A stretch of 30,090 bases of DNA from positions 1 to 30,090 of the forward strand of contig CAZQHK010000042.1 of the NCBI GenBank assembly GCA_964593455.1. The letters are read 5' to 3'. The notes under the pieces are model-generated. The model searched no databases. It had not been told where the DNA came from and saw only the letters and a program-made list of their open reading frames with translations. Position numbers and translations under genes: made by a program. This DNA is from an uncultured bacterium (lineage in GTDB: Bacteria > Muiribacteriota > CAYSPT01). Of this stretch, positions 1 to 8,560 are shown in pieces (within the stretch, counting starts at the first letter, position 1; the number at the start of each line of letters is the position of its first letter).

Positions 1-165
1 GACCGGGTCATGCCCATGCGGCTGCCGGAAGGAATCTGGATGAAACTATTCGATTCAGCCGATGAACAGTGGAACGGACCGGGGTCTTCCCTGCCGGAGC
101 GGACGGACGAATCCGGTAAGCTGACGTTACCGGCAAACAGTTTCACGGTCTACCGAAAAGGGTGA
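1..165 (+). CDS. 3' end of an upstream gene (partial, product unknown); open frame 1 runs from the window edge to TGA at 163-165
   Basis: Uninterrupted frame-1 reading (…LTLPANSFTVYRKG*) from position 1. There is no start inside the window. Too short to assign a family. Confidence 0.3.
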   Translation, partial: DRVMPMRLPEGIWMKLFDSADEQWNGPGSSLPERTDESGKLTLPANSFTVYRKG

Positions 166-333
166 TGATAGAGTAATGAAACCACGGGACCGGTTGTTGG
201 AATTCCCTTGACTTTAAAGGAGTATAATTCGTACTCTCTTTATACTCTTCAACTTCCCATTATCTATTAATGCTATATGGGATATATTTCATAGTGGTGG
301 TAGACGCCGGTGTATCCAAGTCAGAAGCAGTGA

Positions 334-1587
334 ATGACTGCTCGTCGGCAAAAGAAAAGAGAGATACCTATGATTACCAGGATACTATTCGATACACAGC
401 GGGGAAAATACCGGCTTTGGCTATTACCGTTGGTGCTGCTGATTCTCGTGCTTGTCATGTTCAAGCTCGTTGGCGGTAAGATCCAGAAGAACAAGGTTGG
501 TAAACCGGAAATACTGGTCAGTACGCAGCATGGCCGGGTACAGGAGGTCTATGTCAAGCCAGGAGACGTGATCCAGCCGGGCAAAGAGCTGGTCAACTTC
601 GTCGTCACGGATCAAACAGGTAAAACCGGGACGGTACAGGAGCGGGATGAGGCTGTCGATGTCACGGTGAAAACCATTGCCGGTGAACAATTTGTCGATC
701 AGGTAGAACTTCCCGGAATCACCAGGGCGTTCCTGGAGTGCGAGGTATCGGCCAAGGTAGGTGGTGAAATCGTTGAGATCCTGGTGGGAGAGGGCCGTGA
801 CATTAAAAAGGGTGACGTGATCGCCAGAATCGAGAAAAAGGATTACGTCATCGCTTTAGCCCAGGCGCAGGCCGCTTTCGATCTGGCCAAGCTACAGTAT
901 AACCGGATGCAGAAGCTGGTCAAAGAGAAAGCCACCGCTCAATCCGAACGGGACAAGGCGGCGGCTGATTATCAAAGTGCGAGTTCGGCTTTGGATCGCG
1001 CCCGGCTGCATCTCGATAGATGCGATATTCTTGCCCCGGTGGAAGGTATCGTCAACCGAAAATATGTTGAGGTGGGGGAGAGCATCGATTCCGGCAAAGA
1101 AGTGGCCAGGATTCTCAACATCGACAAGATTAAAATCAGTATCGGTATCCCCGAGCAGGACGTGAGTTATGTCAGAAACATTAAAGAGATGACCTTTACC
1201 ATTCCGTCAATTGGTAACCGGATCTTTTCAGGACTGGTGGATCATCTTTCTTTTTCCACATCTCCCATAGCCAAGGTGTATCCGCTCGAAATCCATGTGG
1301 CCAATGAGGACCATGCACTTCTCCCTGGCATGGTGGTCAAAGGCCGGGTGGTTAGAAAAGTATACGAGAACGCCGTTTTGCTCCCGCTCTTTTCGGTCAT
1401 TCCGGGTGACAACGAGTACTACACGTTCGTATACCGGGACGGCCGGTCCGAGAAACGGGAGATCAGCCTGGGTACATTCCAGGAAAAATTGGTTCACATT
1501 CTGGACGGGTTGAAACCCGGCGACCGGGTAATCGATAAAGGTTTGCGGCTGGTGGCGGACGGAACCAAGGTACGGATCGTGGAGTAG
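334..1587 (+). CDS. RND efflux periplasmic adaptor subunit (membrane fusion protein, HlyD/AcrA family); the real start is probably ATG at 370 (MITRILFD…)
   Basis: N-terminal membrane anchor, then a biotinyl/lipoyl-like beta hairpin (GDVIQPGKELVNF … KGDVIARIE), then a coiled-coil hairpin and a beta-barrel. It lies 12 bp upstream of an AcrB-type pump, which is the typical adaptor-pump operon order. Confidence 0.85.
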   Translation: MTARRQKKREIPMITRILFDTQRGKYRLWLLPLVLLILVLVMFKLVGGKIQKNKVGKPEILVSTQHGRVQEVYVKPGDVIQPGKELVNFVVTDQTGKTGTVQERDEAVDVTVKTIAGEQFVDQVELPGITRAFLECEVSAKVGGEIVEILVGEGRDIKKGDVIARIEKKDYVIALAQAQAAFDLAKLQYNRMQKLVKEKATAQSERDKAAADYQSASSALDRARLHLDRCDILAPVEGIVNRKYVEVGESIDSGKEVARILNIDKIKISIGIPEQDVSYVRNIKEMTFTIPSIGNRIFSGLVDHLSFSTSPIAKVYPLEIHVANEDHALLPGMVVKGRVVRKVYENAVLLPLFSVIPGDNEYYTFVYRDGRSEKREISLGTFQEKLVHILDGLKPGDRVIDKGLRLVADGTKVRIVE

Positions 1588-1599
1588 ATCTGAAGATCG

Positions 1600-4500
1600 A
1601 TGATAATCAGTGACATTTCAGTGAAAAATAGAGCCAGTGTGTGTATGCTGGTGCTGTTGATCGTGATCCTGGGGACGGTTTCGTATATCGATCTTCCTCG
1701 GGAAGCGACCCCGGATGTCAAAATTCCGTATGTTTTCGTGTCCACCGGTTACACGGGGGTGGCTCCCAAGGACATCGAAACCTCTATTACCATTCCTATC
1801 GAGGACAAGTTGAAAGGACTCAAGAACGTCAAGGAGATTAAGTCGAGCTCCGCTGAGGGTGCCAGTTCCATATCAGTGGAGTTTGTCACCGGCACCGAGA
1901 TCGACGATGCCGTCCAGTGGGTCAAAGACAAGGTTGACATGGCCAAGCGGGAACTCCCCTCCGATCTGGAGGATGATCCGGCTGTTTTTGAAATAAATCT
2001 TTCCGAGATGCCGATCATAGCTCTGGGGCTCAAGGGCCCCATGGGCCTGAGACAGCTCAAGGAGATAGCCGAGGATTTCAAAGATGAGATCGAGGCTATT
2101 CCCGGTGTGCTGGAAGTGGACCTGGTAGGCGGGCTCGAACGGGAGATCCACATCGAAGTCGACCCCGATTTGCTGGCGGTCTACGGGATACCCTTCAATG
2201 TGCTTTACCAGGTGGTGACCGGGGAAAACCAGAACGTCTCCGGCGGCAATATCGCCATGGGAGACGGCCGTTACCAGCTCCGGGTGCCTGGTGAGTTCAA
2301 AAATGTCGAGGAATTCCGCAACTTGATCGTTACCATCGTTGAGGACTCCCCCGTTTATTTGCGCGATATCGCCGTTATCAAGGATTCGTTCAAGGACATC
2401 ACCAGTAAATCAAAGCTCAATTCTAAAGATTCCATCAACCTGTACATCAAGAAACGGGTCGGCGAAAATATCATCTACATCGCCGACGCAGTCAAAGTGC
2501 TCCTGGAGGAACACAAACTGACCTTCCCGGCGGGCTTGACGGTAACGGTCATGATGGACCAATCCGAAATGATTCGTTTCATGCTGGAAGACCTGGAAAA
2601 CAACATCATTACCGGGTTCCTGCTGGTGCTGCTGGTGCTGATGTTCGCCATGGGATTCAGAAATGCCCTGCTGGCCAGTATCGCCATTCCACTCTCCATG
2701 GCTTTGAGTTTTGCCATACTCTACTTCATAGACATTACCCTGAACATGGTGACACTGTTCAGCCTGATCCTGGCCCTGGGGATGTTGGTTGACAACGCCA
2801 TCGTCATCGTGGAAAACATCTATCGGTTCACCAGCCAGGGTGTTCCCCGGATGCGAGCGGCCATGAGGGCCACCGGCGAGGTAGCCTGGCCGGTTATCGC
2901 CTCCACCGCCACTACCGTGGTGGCCTTCTTACCGCTTTTGTGGTGGGGCGGTCTCATGGGTGATTTCATGCGCTACATGCCCATCACCCTGATCACCACG
3001 TTATCCTCGTCGCTGTTCGTGGCCCTGGTGATCAACCCTACCTTCTGCTCGTTGTTCATTAAATCCGTGAAACAGACGGGCCGGCCAAGATCCGAAGAGG
3101 AGATCCTCGCCGCCGGTGAGAAGCCCTTACAAGGCGGCGGCTGGATTATAAAGAGTTATGAGTATATACTGCGAAAATCTCTCGAATCGCGTATGGCAAT
3201 GCTGGTTTCCTCGGTGTTGCTGTTGGTACTGCTCACCAGCGTGTGGCTTTTTCGTACCGGGATCGAGCGGCCGGTGGAGTTCTTTCCGTCGGTTGACCCG
3301 GAGACCTGCTACGTCAATATCGAACCTCCCGAAGGTATGGACTTGGAGGCCCTGGAAGCCATTGCCTCCCAGGTCGAGGACCGTCTGAGGTCATTCGAAG
3401 CGGTCCCCGAAAAGTTCTTTTCGGAGAAGGTGAAACCACCGGTTCTGTCGCCACGGGCCGAGAAGAAATTCGCAGCCTATCTCGAAGAGGAAGGCCTGGC
3501 GGACCAGGAGAAGGTCAGCGATCTCCAGAACATCAAGTTCATATACACCCGGCTCTCTACCCGACTCGAATCCAAGATGTTCATGGGGGGAGGAGGTCTT
3601 TCCAACCATATCGGGGTGCAGTTCCAGGACTTCGAAGGGAGACCGGAAAAATCGTCCGACACCATCGAGCGCATCAGGGCCCGGCTGAAAGGGATTCCCG
3701 GGGCCCAGATCACCGTGGCCCAGCAGGAAGAGGGTCCGCCCACCGGCGCTCCTATCAACATCGAGGTGTCGGGAGACGATTTCGAGATACTGGGGCTGAT
3801 AGCCGAGAAGGTCAAGATGGTTGTCAGTCAGGTGCCTTACGTTAAAGAGGTTGAAGACGATTTCCAAAAAGGGGCGCCCACCATCGAGCTGATCGTGGAT
3901 CGCAAGAAAGCGGCGCTTTTCGGAATTACCACCGGCATGATCGGCACTACCATCAAAACTGCCATCAGCGGCTGGAACGTCTCGACCTACCGCGAGGGGG
4001 ACGACGATTACGATATTTTTATCCGGGTAGCTGATGCGTACCGCAAAGACGTGGACATCCTGCGCAAGCTCTTCCTGCCGACACCCCGGGGTCTGGTACC
4101 GCTCTCGGACCTGGTTACCATCAACTACATCGGGGGGCTGGGGGCCATCAATCGCATTAACCACCGCCGCGTGGTTACCGTGAAGGGGGATGTTGACGAA
4201 ACGAAAATACCCGGCGCCGTGGCCCGGATGATCGCCCAGAAGATGCTCCAGAAGTTCGATCTTCCTCCCGGCTACACCTTGAAATTCACCGGTGAGGAGG
4301 CGTTCCAGACGGACTCCGAAGCGTTCTTGAAAAAGGCGTTCATGATCGCCCTGTTCCTGGTGTTCATCGTGCTCGTGATTCAGTTTAATTCGATCTTAAA
4401 CGCCGTTATCATTATGTTTACGGTCATCCTTTCCCTGGGTGGCATTTTTCTCGGATTGGCGATGGCCAACATTCCTTTCGGTATCATCATGACCGGTATC

Positions 4501-4875
4501 GGTGTCATCTCTCTGGCCGGCGTGGTGGTCAACAATGCCATCGTGCTTTTAGACTACACCAACCATCTCCTGGACCGTGGCCACTGTTTGACGGAAGCGG
4601 TGGTGAACGGCGCCAAGACCAGGTTCCGGCCGGTCATGCTCACCGCCATTACCACTATTCTGGGACTGCTTCCCATGATTACCGGGGTCTCCTATAACTT
4701 CAAAAAATGGGAGTTTATGACCGCTTCCCAGTCCCAGCAGTGGTGGTTCTCCATGGCCATCGCGGTGGCCTTCGGCCTGGCGGTGGCCACGATGCTGACC
4801 CTGGTGGTGGTACCGACCATCTTCCACCTGGTGACCGATCTGAAGCAGCGGGCGCGACGGCTGGTCGCGAACTGA
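1600..4875 (+). CDS. RND efflux transporter permease, AcrB/AcrD/AcrF (HAE1) family
   Basis: 1091 aa. Two large periplasmic loops and 12 TM segments. Conserved TM4/TM10 motifs (ALGMLVDNAIVIVENIYR; GVVVNNAIVLLDY). It directly follows the adaptor gene. Confidence 0.92.
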   Translation: MIISDISVKNRASVCMLVLLIVILGTVSYIDLPREATPDVKIPYVFVSTGYTGVAPKDIETSITIPIEDKLKGLKNVKEIKSSSAEGASSISVEFVTGTEIDDAVQWVKDKVDMAKRELPSDLEDDPAVFEINLSEMPIIALGLKGPMGLRQLKEIAEDFKDEIEAIPGVLEVDLVGGLEREIHIEVDPDLLAVYGIPFNVLYQVVTGENQNVSGGNIAMGDGRYQLRVPGEFKNVEEFRNLIVTIVEDSPVYLRDIAVIKDSFKDITSKSKLNSKDSINLYIKKRVGENIIYIADAVKVLLEEHKLTFPAGLTVTVMMDQSEMIRFMLEDLENNIITGFLLVLLVLMFAMGFRNALLASIAIPLSMALSFAILYFIDITLNMVTLFSLILALGMLVDNAIVIVENIYRFTSQGVPRMRAAMRATGEVAWPVIASTATTVVAFLPLLWWGGLMGDFMRYMPITLITTLSSSLFVALVINPTFCSLFIKSVKQTGRPRSEEEILAAGEKPLQGGGWIIKSYEYILRKSLESRMAMLVSSVLLLVLLTSVWLFRTGIERPVEFFPSVDPETCYVNIEPPEGMDLEALEAIASQVEDRLRSFEAVPEKFFSEKVKPPVLSPRAEKKFAAYLEEEGLADQEKVSDLQNIKFIYTRLSTRLESKMFMGGGGLSNHIGVQFQDFEGRPEKSSDTIERIRARLKGIPGAQITVAQQEEGPPTGAPINIEVSGDDFEILGLIAEKVKMVVSQVPYVKEVEDDFQKGAPTIELIVDRKKAALFGITTGMIGTTIKTAISGWNVSTYREGDDDYDIFIRVADAYRKDVDILRKLFLPTPRGLVPLSDLVTINYIGGLGAINRINHRRVVTVKGDVDETKIPGAVARMIAQKMLQKFDLPPGYTLKFTGEEAFQTDSEAFLKKAFMIALFLVFIVLVIQFNSILNAVIIMFTVILSLGGIFLGLAMANIPFGIIMTGIGVISLAGVVVNNAIVLLDYTNHLLDRGHCLTEAVVNGAKTRFRPVMLTAITTILGLLPMITGVSYNFKKWEFMTASQSQQWWFSMAIAVAFGLAVATMLTLVVVPTIFHLVTDLKQRARRLVAN

Positions 4876-4986
4876 TCTGCATATTTCACTAATCCACATG
4901 ACGTTCAAATTAGCACCTACTTGCAGTTCTATCGTTTAAATTGATAGACTTTATTCGAGCTAAAAAAGTAAAGGAGGAGAAAAGAC

Positions 4987-5259
4987 ATGACGAAGAATGT
5001 TTCACTGCGGTCCGTAGTCTATGTCATTCTGTTGATGGTGGTGCTCCAGGTTGTGATGACGTGGTCTTCTATGCAGGTGGCGGAAGCCAAAACTGACGCC
5101 GCGGCAATCGGGCGTTACCAGGTGAGCGCTTACGGCGGTATCACGCAGGTCGAGGTTGGTGGTGGCAAAGGTGTTCCCCGGGCCATCAACGGTTATGTGA
5201 TTATCGATACTGCCACCGGTAAAGTGGAAAAGAAGTACTCTAAGATGCAGGTGGACTGA
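4987..5259 (+). CDS. small exported or membrane-anchored hypothetical protein (90 aa)
   Basis: Strong RBS (AAAGGAGGAG) 7 nt upstream of the ATG. N-terminal hydrophobic signal or anchor (VVYVILLMVVLQVVMTW). No recognisable domain. Possible promoter TTGCAG-N17/18-TAGACT at about 4920-4950. Confidence 0.5.
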   Translation: MTKNVSLRSVVYVILLMVVLQVVMTWSSMQVAEAKTDAAAIGRYQVSAYGGITQVEVGGGKGVPRAINGYVIIDTATGKVEKKYSKMQVD

Positions 5260-6184
5260 CCGGCGCGGCTTTCATCTTTCCTTCGGAAGTATTATCAAAA
5301 AACCGTTGGGTGGGATACGCGAAATCGATGCCGTCGCATCGGGAGAACTCCCGCAGTATCTCCATCCAGAGTTTCTCGGCGCTGTTGCGGCGGTTCCGCG
5401 GGTGACAGATATACCGGATGGTGAGCAGCACTCCGCTGTCCGCCACCCTGGTGTAGACGATGGGATCCAGGGTGGGGTAGAAGATCATAAACTCCCGGCT
5501 GGCTTCCTTTATCTCTTCCTGTGCGCTTTCGCTCGGATTGGGACCATGATCGCGGACGATCCTGAAAAGTATTTCCCGGGCTTCCTCCCAGTTACTCTCG
5601 AAGGTAATCAGTACCGGCAGTTCGTTCCAGATATACTGGAAGCCGCGGGTGTAGTTGGCGACACTCTGACTGAAGACTACTCCGTTTGGGATCTGAATGA
5701 TCCGGCCGGTGCTCTGATCGGCATCCACCCAGTTGCCGACCTCCAGGAGGGTGAACTGGAACACCCCGATATCGATCACGTCTCCCGCGTGTTTACCGCA
5801 CTGGATACGGTCGCCGAGCTTAAATGGCTGCCGGGAGATAATGAAGATCCAGCCGGCCAGGCTGACCACCAGGTCCTTGAGGGCGATAGCCAGACCGGCA
5901 GAGACCAGACCCAGGAAGGTTGTCAGGGAATCGAACCCCACCAGCCAGGTCCGGCCCACCAGGAGCACGGCCAGGATCACCAGGATATAGAGTGAACTCT
6001 TGCTCCACCAGTAGCGGGTCCGGACATCTTCGGTTCGTTTGCGGATCAGCACCAGCGCAGCGGCACGGACTATCCACAAAACCAGGAAAATACTCACCGA
6101 CACCACTATCTTGTTGAAAACCGCCGGTTCCATTCCCATATTGGCATGGACCCATTCACCGGCCAAACTCAACATCGTCGTCAC
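5240..6184 (-). CDS. mechanosensitive ion channel protein, MscS family
   Basis: Three N-terminal TM helices, then the MscS beta-domain signature (GDRIQCGKHAGDVIDIGVFQFTLLEVGNWVD…GRIIQIPNGVV). Convergent 20-bp overlap with the preceding small ORF. Confidence 0.8.
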   Translation of the reverse strand: MTTMLSLAGEWVHANMGMEPAVFNKIVVSVSIFLVLWIVRAAALVLIRKRTEDVRTRYWWSKSSLYILVILAVLLVGRTWLVGFDSLTTFLGLVSAGLAIALKDLVVSLAGWIFIISRQPFKLGDRIQCGKHAGDVIDIGVFQFTLLEVGNWVDADQSTGRIIQIPNGVVFSQSVANYTRGFQYIWNELPVLITFESNWEEAREILFRIVRDHGPNPSESAQEEIKEASREFMIFYPTLDPIVYTRVADSGVLLTIRYICHPRNRRNSAEKLWMEILREFSRCDGIDFAYPTQRFFDNTSEGKMKAAPVSPPAS

Positions 6185-6245
6185 CTTTTTCTTGTCCTGG
6201 AATACCCGTGCTATCTGAGGATATCACTTAAAAGTCACCAGACCA

Positions 6246-6310
6246 ACCTTACTTTCTGTGCTTCTTGCTTGAGGTGGCAGTGAAGATTTCAGATCTCAAT
6301 CTCTAAAATC
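6246..6310 (+). repeat. short copy of a dispersed intergenic repeat (core cttactttctgtGCTTCTTGCTTGAggtgg, then tcagatctcaatctct)
   Basis: The core matches 14917-14946 and 14977-15006 directly. It also matches the reverse complement of 28288-28318. Confidence 0.5.
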
Positions 6311-6349
6311 AAAAGTCAGGTGGATGACTCGGTTGGTTGGTGTCTGAAG

Positions 6350-8176
6350 TTATTTTTTCCGGGTGATGAGGATTCCGAAGCCCTGTCCGCTCAGCGGTTC
6401 GTTAAAGATCTGTTTTACCGGCTGGTAGTTGTCCAGAATCCATCGAAAGACATTTTCGCCGTAACCGGGGTGACCGAAGTACCGGTACCCCCATTCGGCG
6501 GCTTCCTTGTCGGCAATTATTATAAAATCCGGTGGATCGTCTTTAAACGATTGCAGTATCGTGCTTTGTCCGAAGATGGTAAACTCCGTAGGCATGAAGT
6601 TCATGTAGGGTACGGTGCTTCGGCGCCTGGCAAGGTAGTTGAGCATGACTCCCTCGGGGACCACGGTGAACGTTTCTTCTTTCCCAATAAGTTCCTCGAT
6701 GACCGTTAAAGCCTCTCTCATTCCCTCTCCTCGCAACGACATTTTACGTTTCTCGGTTACGATCTTGTCCCTGCCTTCCCCCACGGAAAACGTTTTAACC
6801 AGTAGCACCGGCAAGGCCGACAGGACATGGCCGGTCAGGACGATGCCCAGCAGAATCACTGACACCTTCTGCAGAAACCGGCGGGTGGTCAAAGACGTTG
6901 CCAGTCGGGAAGGGAGCAGGTGAACCAGGGCTGCCGCGATCATCAGAGAAGCGGGCATAGCCAGGGCGAAACCGTACCGGTAAATCTTGGCGTTGAGGAT
7001 GATTTTAGCCATGAGAATGAGTGAGAACATTGAGAAAACGAAGAGTGGAAGAGCCGTGTTTACAATGTCTCGATCATTGCGGCCGCGGATAAACGTTACA
7101 GCGTAATAAATCACTATTCCGGCCGTGGCCAGGGGCAGTGGCCTGGCTATACTCAACCAGGGAATCGTATACGCCAGCGCCGGTCCGGCCAGGAGAAGCA
7201 GGGCCGTAACCGATTCCGTCATGACCGTTTTGTGCGCCGGTTCTTCCAGTCGCCGGTGAAGCCAGCCTAGCAGGACCAGAATGAGAATAACAAAGCTGCA
7301 GATTCCAGCGGTCTCGAGCAGGGCGGTCAGGTTGGTCCACGGCTTGTCCATCCCCTGGACCGAGCTGAAAAAAGGGTTGGCGGTGACCGCAGAATCGAAG
7401 AGGTACAGGTACGGCCGGATGAGGCTGGCCGCGGCCTTCGAAAATCCTAAATGACGCGTCATGAATAAGATAAATCCGGTTATTGGAATGAGAAAACCAC
7501 CCAGTCCCAGTCCGATTGCCAGGACCGTTAACCGTCGAGACGGTTTCCGGGTCCATAGGTACCCGATAAAACCCGACCAGAGGGCGATGGCAGCCGCCAG
7601 AAACACTTCCGATTTGGTCAGGGCGGCCATTCCGGCCAGGATTCCTACCGGCAACCACCATACCGGTTTTCCGTCCTCAATGAAGTTACTGAAGAAGTAG
7701 ATGGCAGCAAACGAGAGAATGATACCGTGGGGTACTTCCGGTGTGTACGGACACACCCAGTTCCAGTTGGCGATTCTCCCGCCGTACTGGGAGAAAGCGA
7801 AGATAGTCAGAAAGGTAGTGACTGCGCAGGCGGCGGTCAAACGGTCGATGGTTTTCAGGAAAAACCGGTAGATCAGGATACAGAGGATAGTCACCAGGGT
7901 CATGTTTCCGGTGGCAATGGTCATCATTCCGGTGCCGAACAACCGGAAAAGGCAGGCATTGAAGTAGTGAGATAGCGGCCCAAAAAACCAGGCGATATCC
8001 CGGTAAAGCACCTCTCCCTCATTGAGACGCCAGGGAATGTAGAGCGACATCCCGAAATCCACCTGCACGTCAGGCCATTTTCGCCAACTTAGCCACAGCA
8101 TGGCCGCGCCGGCCAGCATCGGGACGGCGATACCGATAAGTGACTGAATCAGCTGGTTTTTCTTCATGGCTTTCAA
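6350..8176 (-). CDS. polytopic membrane protein, putative GT-C fold glycosyltransferase (ArnT/PMT/YfhO-like), about 14 TM plus a C-terminal soluble domain
   Basis: 608 aa, very hydrophobic N-terminal 450 aa with many TM segments, then a C-terminal soluble domain. The family assignment rests on architecture only. Confidence 0.55.
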   Translation of the reverse strand: MKAMKKNQLIQSLIGIAVPMLAGAAMLWLSWRKWPDVQVDFGMSLYIPWRLNEGEVLYRDIAWFFGPLSHYFNACLFRLFGTGMMTIATGNMTLVTILCILIYRFFLKTIDRLTAACAVTTFLTIFAFSQYGGRIANWNWVCPYTPEVPHGIILSFAAIYFFSNFIEDGKPVWWLPVGILAGMAALTKSEVFLAAAIALWSGFIGYLWTRKPSRRLTVLAIGLGLGGFLIPITGFILFMTRHLGFSKAAASLIRPYLYLFDSAVTANPFFSSVQGMDKPWTNLTALLETAGICSFVILILVLLGWLHRRLEEPAHKTVMTESVTALLLLAGPALAYTIPWLSIARPLPLATAGIVIYYAVTFIRGRNDRDIVNTALPLFVFSMFSLILMAKIILNAKIYRYGFALAMPASLMIAAALVHLLPSRLATSLTTRRFLQKVSVILLGIVLTGHVLSALPVLLVKTFSVGEGRDKIVTEKRKMSLRGEGMREALTVIEELIGKEETFTVVPEGVMLNYLARRRSTVPYMNFMPTEFTIFGQSTILQSFKDDPPDFIIIADKEAAEWGYRYFGHPGYGENVFRWILDNYQPVKQIFNEPLSGQGFGILITRKK

Positions 8177-8193
8177 AGCCGTCTCCGGTGATG

Positions 8194-8439
8194 TCAGTCT
8201 TTAGGATATCCCACTGTCTGGGAAAGAATGATCCGTTGCTCCGGCCCGAGTCCCATCGCTTTTGACAGGGCCGGCCGGTCAACCCAGCCTCGTACTCCGG
8301 TGGCGGCTCGGAGATTTTTCTTAAGCACGAGGGTCAAAGTGTGCCCGGCGGTGTTGTAAAGATAGAGTCCGCCAGGCATACGATTAATTGATCTCTTGTC
8401 CCCATAGTTCTCCTCCCTCAGGCGTAATGCATCGTTCAC
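8194..8439 (-). pseudogene. C-terminal remnant of a nitroreductase/SagB-type dehydrogenase family gene (81 aa; the N-terminal 100+ aa are absent)
   Basis: Translation ends …RGWVDRPALSKAMGLGPEQRIILSQTVGYPKD. This resembles the nitroreductase C-terminal motif (…CWIG.FDE…LGLPE……GYP). Only 120 bp separate it from the next gene, and that space holds a terminator, so a full-length gene cannot fit. Confidence 0.4.
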
Positions 8440-8503
8440 TTATTATACCTGATTCTATTTACTACCATGATCTGGCTAAAGATTCAATTGGAAAGGAGGA
8501 GGA

Positions 8504-8542
8504 ATAAAAAAAGCGCCGGCCTTTAATCGGCCGACGCTTTTG
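8504..8542 (-). terminator. rho-independent terminator for the MVP-like gene (hairpin AGCGCCGGCC/GGCCGACGCT, T7 run on the minus strand)
   Basis: GC-rich imperfect 10-bp stem with a 6-nt loop, followed on the minus strand by TTTTTTTAT. It sits 20 bp after the stop at 8561. Confidence 0.6.
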
Positions 8543-8560
8543 AGTACAGGTTTCGGTGTG

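Noticed and set aside
200-235. TTGACT … TATAAT as the promoter of the RND operon
   Set aside because: The spacer is only 10 bp. Alternative -35 candidates give 20 bp or more. No confident promoter can be called here.
3391-4164. 257-aa minus-strand ORF inside the RND pump gene (plus many other antisense ORFs, e.g. 424-690, 1749-2153, 5306-5995, 7074-7661, 8673-8987, 8936-9406, 11062-11577, 11898-12749, 13214-13885, 17327-17854, 21625-22773, 23992-24438, 27121-27753)
   Set aside because: All lie antisense to or out of frame within strongly supported genes. Their translations are low-complexity or lack motifs. They are typical shadow ORFs in roughly 55% GC DNA.
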